Source: Longimicrobiales bacterium (GTDB lineage Bacteria; Gemmatimonadota; Gemmatimonadetes; Longimicrobiales; Gaopeijiaceae). From it: a DNA stretch of 64,000 nt. The DNA is taken from assembly GCA_965249725.1 (NCBI GenBank), contig CBDFMQ010000001.1, positions 64,001 through 128,000 on the forward strand. Direction: 5' to 3'. How positions within the stretch are numbered: position 1 is the stretch's first letter; each line of letters opens with the position of its first letter. A program made the translations under genes and the position numbers. The notes beneath the pieces were generated by a model. It was given only the letters and a program-made list of their open reading frames with translations. It was not told where the DNA came from and did no database searches. Positions 27,586 to 35,777 of the stretch are shown here, in pieces.

Positions 27586-27650
27586 TGTTCACATCTGTTC
27601 CGTTTTTCCGCCCGCGTACTGCTCCCAGCGGTTGCGGATGGGTCCATTGC

Positions 27651-28019
27651 TCATGGTGCCGCGTAGTCCACCGAGCCCGACATAGGCCCCTCGCCCGCTT
27701 CGTTGACGGCCCGTATCTGGTAGCGGTACCTGGTGCCGGAGATAATCGCGTCCCTCGTGTGGTCGTAGCTCGTGGTCGTGGCGTCCGAGTCCGGCACGTC
27801 TATCCAGGCGGAGAACGTGGTGAAGCCGCCACCACCGCTCGGCCGGCTCCGGTGCCGGAACTGGTACCTGGTGATCGAAGAGTCGCCGGGGTCGGTCCAG
27901 CTAAGGGCGAGTACCAGGCCGGAGCGGCTGACGCTGAATCCGGTGGACTGCGCTGGCTTGTTGACACGGGCTAAAAGACCGACCTCAACCAACTCCTCCA
28001 CCGGCCCGAGGATGGGCAT
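27651..28019 (-). CDS. Fibronectin type III domain protein
   Basis: P.....F.V......L.LSW.DP.DSSITRYQ.R...W.D...S...TTSY......GT.YRYQIRAVN.AG.GP.S. Confidence 0.85.
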   Translation of the reverse strand: MPILGPVEELVEVGLLARVNKPAQSTGFSVSRSGLVLALSWTDPGDSSITRYQFRHRSRPSGGGGFTTFSAWIDVPDSDATTTSYDHTRDAIISGTRYRYQIRAVNEAGEGPMSGSVDYAAP

Positions 28020-28021
28020 GG

Positions 28022-28282
28022 CTAACTCTCCGTCACGGCGATCCGGCTGCCCTCACCCGCCGTCCACACCCAGATCCCGTCTCTTCCCACGGTCAGCTTC
28101 CACGTGTCGGTCGGCGGGATAATGTGACCGCCGTCGGTTGCAGGTGGCGCGCTGGCCGCCTCGGCCAGGTATACGCTGCTGGACCCGATCGCTTGGATTA
28201 GGTAGGTGGACCCGGACGACAGGGACAGGTCGCTCACGATGTTCGCCGGGGTGTCGGTGATACTCTTGATCTGCGTAGCCAC
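28022..28282 (-). CDS. Small beta-rich hypothetical protein
   Basis: GTG after AGGAGG; 86 aa with alternating beta pattern. Confidence 0.75.
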   Translation of the reverse strand: MATQIKSITDTPANIVSDLSLSSGSTYLIQAIGSSSVYLAEAASAPPATDGGHIIPPTDTWKLTVGRDGIWVWTAGEGSRIAVTES

Positions 28283-28320
28283 GGGCTATATGCCTCCTCT
28301 TTCGATTCTTCGAGTTTCGG

Positions 28321-28395
28321 TCACGCCACTTCCCTCACGAGGTTGCGCAGCCATTCGGCGGCATACGGCTCGATCTCGTTGTAGTAGGCTCTCAC
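28321..28395 (-). pseudogene. N-terminal stub of a phage DNA cytosine methyltransferase
   Basis: VRAYYNEIEPYAAEWLRNL then stop after 24 codons; matches the AYYNEIDPYAAxWLRNL start of phage Dcm-like enzymes. Confidence 0.75.
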
Positions 28396-28411
28396 GTGCT
28401 TTCATGTCCAC

Positions 28412-29305
28412 TCACGCCACGCTTCTCCGGTCATGCCCTTCGACCGTGACGTGCCGGAAGTTCTGAGGGCCCAATCGTGAGGCGAGCCGCTGCCAGCCCT
28501 CAGAAGTGCCGAAGCGCTGAACAAGCCCTTCCGGTGTGTGGTTGCTCGTGATCACGGTCGGATGCCCTTCCCGCGCGTTGACCAGGTCGACCAAGATGCG
28601 GAGCGCGTCGGGCGTCGCCTTCTCTCGGCCGAGGTCGTCGATGACGAGAAGGTGAGCTCGTTCCCTCCGTTCGAGGATCGCTGACGTGCCGCCGGTGCCG
28701 TACGTGTCCTGGATCATCGTGATGAGTCGGTCCGCCCGATCGAAGATCACACGCTTAGCGTCAACTTTTTGATCTAAGAGCACGGCCCGCACGATCGCGG
28801 CGGCGACGTGTGTCTTGCCGGATCCCAACGGACCCATGAGAAGCAACCCGAGCACTGCACCCCATCGTCCAGCTCTCAGCGTCTCGTCGACGAACTGGCC
28901 TGCGGCTTCGAGCGGTTGCGGACCGCAGTCGGTCGCGTCGAAATGCTCGCCCCGGGTCTTGCCCTCGATGAGCAGACAGCGGCCGTGTTTGCGGACGTTC
29001 ACGCCAGCGGCGTTGAGAAGCGGTAGGATCTGCTCTTTGCGGGTTGGCCCAATGGGCGACTGGGGCAGCGCGGTGCCCTCTTTCGCGACGCACTCCCCAC
29101 ACGTCTTCGTTGCGTATGGCGCGGCCCTCCCGTCGATCACCATGCGCTTGCGGGTGAACGACTTATCGCAGTCGAGGCAGGTCGCTTCCTCCTCCACGAA
29201 GTCAACGGAGGTCTTAGAGGAACGATCCACGCGCTCGGCCCGACGTTGTCGCCTGGTCTCTTGTTGCTCCTGCCTCTCGCTTTCGCTCTGCGTCTCGTTT
29301 GGCAT
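28412..29305 (-). CDS. DnaC/IstB-like AAA+ helicase loader
   Basis: CxxC pairs, Walker A GPLGSGKTH, Walker B LLVIDDLGRE, PTVITSN, RLASRL; start may be GTG at 29230. Confidence 0.9.
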   Translation of the reverse strand: MPNETQSESERQEQQETRRQRRAERVDRSSKTSVDFVEEEATCLDCDKSFTRKRMVIDGRAAPYATKTCGECVAKEGTALPQSPIGPTRKEQILPLLNAAGVNVRKHGRCLLIEGKTRGEHFDATDCGPQPLEAAGQFVDETLRAGRWGAVLGLLLMGPLGSGKTHVAAAIVRAVLLDQKVDAKRVIFDRADRLITMIQDTYGTGGTSAILERRERAHLLVIDDLGREKATPDALRILVDLVNAREGHPTVITSNHTPEGLVQRFGTSEGWQRLASRLGPQNFRHVTVEGHDRRSVA

Positions 29306-30086
29306 CGGTTATTGATCTCACCTTGTAGCGGATTTTCGATTGGAGGTTTGCAATATCCCCGGGTGGGCCAGGGAAGTATCTCCCGATCTCGTCGCTCTGC
29401 CGAAGCTCGTTGAGGCATCCGGCGATGATCTTGCCCCTGCCTTCGCGGATATGGCTTCCGTCTCTAGCCATCCATAGTCGCTCATCTGATTCCTCGGCGA
29501 TTCCGGCGACGGTATGCACGTAAGCGAGATGCTTTCCGGGGTCGACTTTCTCGGTGACATAATCGATCAACGGCTTGCGCGTATCGACCAGAGATTCTCT
29601 CTCCGAGATGAACTCGCGCGCACGCGCGTCTAGAGGAGGAGGTGGTGGAGGTTTAGAGGTGGTGGAGGTAGGGGCTGTATGGTCCGCACCTGTGCCGGGT
29701 AGAGGGCCCGTATGGTCCGCAAATTCACTTTGCTGGTCCGCACCTGTGCGGTGTAAACCTTTAGACCGCATCTCTGCGGTGTATAATTCGGCCTTTAGTC
29801 CGCAAATATCCGGTGTAGAACGGCTCCCACACCACTCGAAGACTGGTGAGCCACGTCCTCCTGGACTCTTTGTCACGTAACCGTGGACCTCGAGGAGGCG
29901 GACGTGACGGGCAATCGTGTCACCACTCGGAGCGCCGTGGAGGATGCCGGCGAACTCGTCGTAGGGGATGGCTACGGGCTCCTCTTGGGAAGCCGTCGCT
30001 GCAACATGGACACCGATGATACGGGCCGTGTCGGTGAGGCGCGCATCGTAAAGGAGCTCCGCCAAGGTGGGCTGGGCTTCGGTCAA
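29214..30086 (-). CDS. Replication initiator (N-terminal winged HTH)
   Basis: Upstream of the DnaC-like gene; [15 protein letters not shown] wHTH pattern; internal iteron-like repeats; TTG start after AAGGGGGG. Confidence 0.7.
   Translation of the reverse strand: MTEAQPTLAELLYDARLTDTARIIGVHVAATASQEEPVAIPYDEFAGILHGAPSGDTIARHVRLLEVHGYVTKSPGGRGSPVFEWCGSRSTPDICGLKAELYTAEMRSKGLHRTGADQQSEFADHTGPLPGTGADHTAPTSTTSKPPPPPPLDARAREFISERESLVDTRKPLIDYVTEKVDPGKHLAYVHTVAGIAEESDERLWMARDGSHIREGRGKIIAGCLNELRQSDEIGRYFPGPPGDIANLQSKIRYKVRSITDAKRDAERKREAGATRDQATTSGRARGSFL
29677..29817. repeat. Iteron-like repeats, putative phage origin
   Basis: Five copies with core G(T/A)CCGCA (CCGCA at 29684, 29717, 29738, 29766, 29800); the last three followed by CGGTGTA. 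Confidence 0.75.
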
Positions 30087-30201
30087 GGAGCCCCCCTTTT
30101 GCAGCCTTCTGAGACCACAGAACAGCCCACAGTCGGGTTCCACGTCGCGTCGGTCCACTCAATCCTGCTCACGAAACCCTCCGAAAACCTCAAGAAAACA
30201 C

Positions 30202-30230
30202 TTGACTCCATAGGGCATATGCCCTATACT
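30202..30230 (+). promoter_or_regulatory. Sigma70 promoter with perfect 18-bp palindromic operator
   Basis: TTGACT-N17-TATACT; ATAGGGCATATGCCCTAT at 30210-30227. Confidence 0.85.
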
Positions 30231-30278
30231 CAATGAGTGGCCAGGGCAAGCCAGCCCGACCCGAGAAGGAGAAGGGAC

Positions 30279-30557
30279 ATGACCTTTCGGATCTTCATCG
30301 CGAACGCTTCCCCTCAGAGGATCGCCGAGATCGGCCAGGGCCTGGACATGAAAGGCACGGTGTTCGGTGAGGCCATCGGCTTCGGCTCCTGGGGTATCGA
30401 GCCCACGGTCGTCACCGAGATGACCGACCAGACTCACAGCCGGATTCGGCTCCTCGTGGACGCGATCCTCGCCGAGTACCCCGACGAAGAAGCCGTCCAC
30501 GTGATCGCCGGTCGGAGGAAAGGCAAGGACTGGTACCGGGATGGGCGGGTCATTTGA
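30279..30557 (+). CDS. Hypothetical protein (plus-strand island gene 1)
   Basis: ATG after AAGGAG; first ORF after the promoter. Confidence 0.75.
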   Translation: MTFRIFIANASPQRIAEIGQGLDMKGTVFGEAIGFGSWGIEPTVVTEMTDQTHSRIRLLVDAILAEYPDEEAVHVIAGRRKGKDWYRDGRVI

Positions 30558-30623
30558 CCCGCACCCACCCGGGTGGCGTGCGGCGATGACCACAACAACT
30601 ACCTTAGACAGGAAGGCAGACCA

Positions 30624-30836
30624 ATGACGGAGGCTACGATGGACGTGATCGGGAAAGAGGCTCTGGCGGTAGTGATCGAGGCGATCGCCATCGGCGGCAG
30701 GAACGCGGAGGAGGCGGCCGAGAAACTCTGGCCTGCCTTCAAGGGAGCCGTGGCGGGAGCGCTGGAGGAGCTCGACGACGATCAGGCCGAGGGCATTGCG
30801 AACTGGCGCGAAGAGCGCCACGCCGACAAGGGATGA
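30624..30836 (+). CDS. Small acidic helical hypothetical protein (island gene 2)
   Basis: ATG after GGAAGG; ATGA overlap with the next gene. Confidence 0.7.
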   Translation: MTEATMDVIGKEALAVVIEAIAIGGRNAEEAAEKLWPAFKGAVAGALEELDDDQAEGIANWREERHADKG

Positions 30837-31042
30837 GCACCAGCCAGAAGACCCACGCCGAACAAATGGACTTGCTCCGCGTGAGGATCGCCCAGTCGGA
30901 ACTCTCGGCTCGGCGGTTCGCGGTGGACGTGCTCCATCGAGACGAGCGGACGATGAGACGCTGGCTCTCTGGAGAGTCGCCGATCCCAGCCGTTGTGCTC
31001 GACTGGCTCGAGTATCCCGAGAAAGCGCCCTGGCCGTTGTAG
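30833..31042 (+). CDS. Small XRE-like HTH protein (island gene 3)
   Basis: LSARRFA..VL.RDERTMRRWLSGESPIP..V. Confidence 0.75.
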   Translation: MSTSQKTHAEQMDLLRVRIAQSELSARRFAVDVLHRDERTMRRWLSGESPIPAVVLDWLEYPEKAPWPL

Positions 31043-31078
31043 TTCTCCGGCCCGTGACCACCTCTCTACCTGGGAACA

Positions 31079-31306
31079 TCACTTCCGCAGTCTCATTCCG
31101 GGCCCCTCGGGCTCCTGCCACTCGCCACTCTCCAGCAGCTCCAGCGCCCGCCCCGCGATCGCCTCGAAATGCCCTGCACGGTGCCCGAGATCCCGCATCG
31201 TCTCTAGCCGCTCCATCAGTTTGTCATACGTCCCGTGCGGACAGCCCGTCAGCGTCTGCCGCGCTATACGCTCCAGCTCGCGTGGCACCAAGGCCGGTTG
31301 CCTCAT
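31079..31306 (-). CDS. Hypothetical phage protein
   Basis: ORF abutting the upstream stop in the minus-strand early operon. Confidence 0.55.
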   Translation of the reverse strand: MRQPALVPRELERIARQTLTGCPHGTYDKLMERLETMRDLGHRAGHFEAIAGRALELLESGEWQEPEGPGMRLRK

Positions 31307-31816
31307 TCACTCGCTCCCCTTCGGCAGCAACCGCAGCGCACCGCTTCCCGGCTGCAGCGACATCCGACGTGCCACCAGCTCGGCCATCGTGACCACCTCG
31401 TCGGATCCATCGTCCCACACTTCCACGTTCGCCATGAACGCGCCCGCGATGTCGAACAGGCCCGTCTCTACCGCGAGCAGTGCCTGCTCCACGAAGTCCC
31501 TCAGCTGACGCCACGCGATCCGGTACGCCAGTTCCTCCTCAACCCATTTCTTGCACTCATGCTGGTGGCGGTTCATGCGATGATTCCAGGGCTTCTTCTC
31601 TTGGATGATCTCGGCCACTCTCTCCACTCGCGCTTCAAGGCGGACGGGGACCTGGCCCTGTGGCGTCTCGATCGCAAACCGGACACCCCGCAGGCCGTGA
31701 TCTCCCCATATCATCTCGAAGCGGGTCCCTCCATACGCTCTGACGAGCTGCATGATCTCCGCCGCGCTCTGCTCGGGCTCGACCGTGGTGGATTCGTACT
31801 TGATCGCCTGGCTCAT
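31307..31816 (-). CDS. Conserved hypothetical phage early protein
   Basis: Y..TTV....S..EI..L...YG and RIAWRQL.D.V...L.AVE.G......AF pattern. Confidence 0.75.
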   Translation of the reverse strand: MSQAIKYESTTVEPEQSAAEIMQLVRAYGGTRFEMIWGDHGLRGVRFAIETPQGQVPVRLEARVERVAEIIQEKKPWNHRMNRHQHECKKWVEEELAYRIAWRQLRDFVEQALLAVETGLFDIAGAFMANVEVWDDGSDEVVTMAELVARRMSLQPGSGALRLLPKGSE

Positions 31817-31887
31817 GCGGACACCCCCGCGTCGGTGGGGAGCGGCAAACGATCGAGGGCGTCGCCCTGGCGGACCTCCCAGCTCAT
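31813..31887 (-). pseudogene. N-terminal stub of a site-specific (N4/N6) DNA methyltransferase
   Basis: MSWEVRQGDALDRL resembles the GD(A/C)L start of beta-class MTases; 24 codons with ATGA overlaps at both ends. Confidence 0.55.
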
Positions 31888-32162
31888 CCGCCCTCCCCCG
31901 CGCTCGCCACCGACGCCTTCGGTTCGTACCCTAGAGCGTCCATCGTCGAGCTCTGCAACGCTCTGTAGTGCGCCAATTGCGCTTCCAACGAATCGAGGGT
32001 CACGGTCACATACCGGACCAGCTCGGCGTTCGTGTGCGTCAGCTCCACGTTCTTCCGTTCGGTCCAGGCGGCGTGTGCTAGCGAACCCGCGCACACGGCC
32101 AGCAACAGGTACCACGCGTATCGATGGATACGCGGTGGACGTGACAGATCGTCTAGCTTCAT
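31884..32162 (-). CDS. Hypothetical membrane protein
   Basis: One hydrophobic helix plus short coiled coil; ATGA overlaps. Confidence 0.6.
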   Translation of the reverse strand: MKLDDLSRPPRIHRYAWYLLLAVCAGSLAHAAWTERKNVELTHTNAELVRYVTVTLDSLEAQLAHYRALQSSTMDALGYEPKASVASAGEGG

Positions 32163-32443
32163 GCGGTCTCCTCCGGCGTGGTCTCAGCGGGACGGAACAG
32201 CTTGCAGGAATTGCTCAGTCCATCGCGTTCGATTAGCGCCCCTAAGGCCGCGCTCCACGCCATCGCCTCGCCCCTGGATTGGTCCGTCTCAGCATGCTCG
32301 GGCATCTGGTCGTAGTTGTGGAGCAGGTGTAGGTCCCAAATGGCGCACCCGGGCGAGTCGTTCACGGGCTGATTGTTTGCGCACCGCTCGCAGTTGTTCA
32401 CCCGCCAGTCCGCACCCCCTGAGCCGTTGCTGAAATAGCCCAT
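32159..32443 (-). CDS. Cys-containing hypothetical phage protein
   Basis: MGYFSNGS.G..W...NCERC...GC.IW...C..F; GAGG upstream. Confidence 0.7.
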   Translation of the reverse strand: MGYFSNGSGGADWRVNNCERCANNQPVNDSPGCAIWDLHLLHNYDQMPEHAETDQSRGEAMAWSAALGALIERDGLSNSCKLFRPAETTPEETA

Positions 32444-32445
32444 CG

Positions 32446-32600
32446 TCAGCCGTCCTCTACTGGGGTTACGCGGGGAGAAGCACCTGCGAATTGCTGTTCT
32501 GCTAGGCGGGCCTTGTACCACTCGGGAAAGCCAGCGACCGCGGCGTCGAAGGGCTGGTCTATGATCTCGCGGAAGGCAACATCGCGTGAGGAGCTACCCG
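32446..32600 (-). pseudogene. 3' fragment of a phage gene cut at the prophage edge
   Basis: Open frame RDVAFREIIDQPFDAAVAGFPEWYKARLAEQQF...EDG* with no convincing start. Confidence 0.45.
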
Positions 32601-32739
32601 GATGTAGACCGTTGTGAAAACCGTTGACAAGGGTACCGGCTTTCGGGCGCGCTTCGGGCCTGGAACGACGCGATCCGCTACCCCCGCTACCGTGCGTATT
32701 AGGCGTATCTGTGCGGTTTAACGGCTTCTGTGAGGTTTC

Positions 32740-33398
32740 TGAGGAGGAACATCCGCTTCTTCTCTAGGCTCTACGCCGTCCCGCGCAACCGTCGGCGAGA
32801 GCGAGCGGATTGGGTGGTGGAGTTGGCGGGCCTGACCGAGCACAGGCAGCGTTTGACCGGTGAGCTCCCATTGGGTTGGAAGCAGAGGCTCGCCCTGGGA
32901 TGCGCCGTCCTTCACGAGCCACCCATTCTCTTCCTGGACGAACCGACGTCCGGGGTCGACCCGATTTCGCGTCGTACGTTCTGGGATCTCATCTACTCGT
33001 TGGGAGACGGTGGGACGACCGTGTTCGTCACCACGCATTACATGGAAGAGGCCGAGTACTGTCACCGGCTCGCGTTGATGAATCGGGGACGCCTCATCGC
33101 CCTCGACACGGCGGCCGGCCTCAGGGCGGACATGCAGCTGCCCCTGTTCGAGGTTCACTCCGAAGCGACGCCCCAGGCAGTAAGGGTGCTGGACGGTGCC
33201 GAGGGAATCGTCGACGCGGCCATGTACGGCCGCACCTTGCACGTGACTGCGGAGGCCGAGGACGGTGCGGATGACCGCATCCGGTCCCATCTGGCCCGGG
33301 CCGAGATCGCGGTGACGTCGGTAAAACAGATCCAACCCTCTCTCGAAGACGTGTTCGTGGCACGTATAAGGGATGAAGGCGGGGCGAGGAGCGGGTGA
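32740..33398 (+). pseudogene. 5'-truncated ABC transporter ATP-binding subunit (YbhF-like)
   Basis: Has signature LPLGWKQRLAL, Walker B FLDEPTSG and H-loop TTHY but no Walker A; similarity begins at NIRFF. Confidence 0.85.
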
Positions 33399-34519
33399 GC
33401 ATGATCAGCCGGATGCGGCTTCTGGCCATGGCCCGCAAGGAGGTGCTCCATCTGCGCCGTGATCCCAGGAGCCTTTTGCTCGCCTTCCTCCTGCCGGCCC
33501 TCCTCGTCGTACTGTTCGGCTACGCCATCACGTGGGATGTCGAGGACATTCACACGGCTGTACTCGATATGGACGGGTCCCTCCGAAGCCGGGAGCTGCT
33601 CGACGCGTTCGAGGCCTCCGGGTACTTCACGGTGGTTCGCCGACTGAGCCGTTACGACCAGGTGGAGGCAGTACTGGATGGGGGGCAGGCCCTGGTGACG
33701 ATTGTCATCCCGCCCGACTTCGCCCGAGACCTCGATGGCGGGCGATCCGCTGAACTGCAAGTCCTGGTGGACGGCAGTGACGCCAACACAGCGACGATCG
33801 CGCTGGGCTATGCCCAGGGCATCGTCCGCTCCTTCTCGACTGCGATTCTGCTAAAAGGGGCAGACGTTCCCCCAACGATCAGCGCGGAGACCCGGGTCTG
33901 GTATAACGAGGAACTCCGGAGCAGGAATATGATCGTCCCGGGGCTCGTTGCGGTCATCATGATGATCATCGCCGCCATGCTCACCTCGCTCACCATCGCT
34001 CGGGAGTGGGAGCGGGGCACCATGGAGCAGCTCGTGTCGACCCCGGTCCATCGGCTCGAGGTGGTCCTGGGGAAACTGCTTCCTTACGTGGCTATCGGGG
34101 TCATCGACGTGGTGCTGGTGAGCGTCCTTGGAGTCTTCCTCTTCGGCGTCCCCTTCCGAGGCAATCCCGCCCTTCTGATGATTCTCTCGCTCGCGTTCAT
34201 TGTGGGAGCCTTGGGACTCGGGATGTTCATCTCGGCAGTTGCGCGCTCCCAACTGCTCGCCACCCAGTTGGCGATGATGCTCACGTTTCTCCCGGCGTTC
34301 TTGCTGTCGGGCTTCATGTTCGCCATCGACGTGATGCCTCCGCCGCTGCAGGCGATCACCTACCTGATCCCAGCGCGTTACTTCCTCGTCGTTACGCGGG
34401 GACTGTTCCTGAAGGGTGTGGGGGTCGAGGTGTTGGCGACCGAAGGTCTCCTCATGATCGCTTTCGCTGCCCTCGGCATCTTCGGTGCGACGCGGGCTTT
34501 CCGGAAGGAGATCCAGTGA
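33395..34519 (+). CDS. ABC-2 permease (YbhS-like)
   Basis: RKE..HL.RD.RSL, VDGSDAN, WYN..L.S, AREWERGTMEQL. Confidence 0.92.
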   Translation: MSMISRMRLLAMARKEVLHLRRDPRSLLLAFLLPALLVVLFGYAITWDVEDIHTAVLDMDGSLRSRELLDAFEASGYFTVVRRLSRYDQVEAVLDGGQALVTIVIPPDFARDLDGGRSAELQVLVDGSDANTATIALGYAQGIVRSFSTAILLKGADVPPTISAETRVWYNEELRSRNMIVPGLVAVIMMIIAAMLTSLTIAREWERGTMEQLVSTPVHRLEVVLGKLLPYVAIGVIDVVLVSVLGVFLFGVPFRGNPALLMILSLAFIVGALGLGMFISAVARSQLLATQLAMMLTFLPAFLLSGFMFAIDVMPPPLQAITYLIPARYFLVVTRGLFLKGVGVEVLATEGLLMIAFAALGIFGATRAFRKEIQ

Positions 34520-35682
34520 ACCGTGTCGAGGGAGCTCCTGTGCACCGCGAGGGACCCTGGGTGGGTCGCGTGGTGGCATCCCTGGAACGGGTGTTCGGGC
34601 TGCTGGCCAAGGAGTTCAGGCACATCTTCCGCGATCCTCGGATGGCCCGGGTGATCTTCGTAGCCCCGATCATTCAGCTGGTCGCGTTCGGGTACGCCGT
34701 ATCGACCGACCTCGAGGACACGCCGACCTTCGTTGTGGATCATGACAACACACGGGAGTCGCGCGACTTGGTCGCCTCGCTGACCGCTTCGGGCTACTTC
34801 GAAGTCACGGGGCGCTCCGCCTCTCCTCGGGACCTCGTGCGCGCACTCGACCGGGGGGACGCCGTCCTGGGGGTGGAGATTCCGCGAGCGTACGCGGAGG
34901 CGTGGTTGGGTAGGGGAGGGGCGAGCATACAGATCCTCCTCGACGGGACCAATTCCAACACCGCTGCCATGGCGCAGGGTTACATCACTCGGATCGTCGA
35001 GGGGCGTGCGGTGGAGCGGGCCATGGCGGGCATACAGCTCCCCGTAGATCTCCGTGAAAGGGCGTGGTACAACCCTGAGTTGGCCAGCCGCAACTACAAC
35101 GTGCCTGCCGTGGTCGGAACCCTGATCATGTTGGTGTGCCTACTCCTAACCTCGCTCGCTGTCGTCCGCGAGCGAGAGATCGGGACACTCGAGCAGCTCA
35201 AGGTCAGTCCCCTCACGGCAAGCGAGCTCATCGCTGGCAAGACACTGCCGTTCGGGATCATCGGAATGGGAGACATGGTTCTGGTGACAACGGTGGCGGT
35301 GCTTTGGTTCGATGTTCCGCTCCGCGGAAGCCTCTCTCTGCTGTTCCTCGCGAGCCTTCTGTATGTGGTGGCGGGCCTGGGAATGGGACTACTTGTCTCC
35401 ACGGTCTCCAAGACGCAACAGGAGGCCTTCATGGGGACCTTTCTCGTATTCATGCCCGCCCTGCTCTTGTCCGGCTTCATGTTTCCGGTTTCGAGCATGC
35501 CCGTGGTCTTCCAGAACGTCACCGTTCTGAACCCGGTTCGACACTACATCGAGATCGTGCGTGCCATCTTCCTCAAGGGCATCGGAATCGAGGTGCTGTG
35601 GCCCCAGTTTCTGGCGCTGTTCGTCCTCGGCACGGCTCTCCTCACGCTCGCGACCCTTCGATTCAGGCGAGAGGTCTCCTGA
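34516..35682 (+). CDS. ABC-2 permease (YbhR-like)
   Basis: KEF..IFRD.RM, LDGTNSN, WYNP.L.S, VREREIGTLEQL; GTGA overlap. Confidence 0.92.
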   Translation: MNRVEGAPVHREGPWVGRVVASLERVFGLLAKEFRHIFRDPRMARVIFVAPIIQLVAFGYAVSTDLEDTPTFVVDHDNTRESRDLVASLTASGYFEVTGRSASPRDLVRALDRGDAVLGVEIPRAYAEAWLGRGGASIQILLDGTNSNTAAMAQGYITRIVEGRAVERAMAGIQLPVDLRERAWYNPELASRNYNVPAVVGTLIMLVCLLLTSLAVVREREIGTLEQLKVSPLTASELIAGKTLPFGIIGMGDMVLVTTVAVLWFDVPLRGSLSLLFLASLLYVVAGLGMGLLVSTVSKTQQEAFMGTFLVFMPALLLSGFMFPVSSMPVVFQNVTVLNPVRHYIEIVRAIFLKGIGIEVLWPQFLALFVLGTALLTLATLRFRREVS

Positions 35683-35777
35683 CTCGCCCACGGCGGGTTT
35701 CCCGCGTATCTTGCTCGGTTGGCGGGCGGAGGGCCGCCGTTTTTCTTCCGTTGGATTCAAGTTAAGGGGGTAGCTCC

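Larger units (their letters stand above)
1..32600. mobile_element. Temperate myovirus-like prophage, continues left of the window
   Basis: Contiguous minus-strand block of terminase, portal, protease, capsid, neck, sheath, tube, tape measure, baseplate and fibre genes, plus cI/cro, lysis and replication genes; switch to housekeeping genes after about 32.7 kb. Confidence 0.95.

Noticed and set aside
27587..27600. GTTC-N6-GTTC before terS as a LexA box
   Set aside because: Spacer is 6 rather than 7 nt and the location is atypical
32450..32760. tRNA or attR core at the prophage edge
   Set aside because: No cloverleaf or T-loop motif and no matching repeat elsewhere in the window
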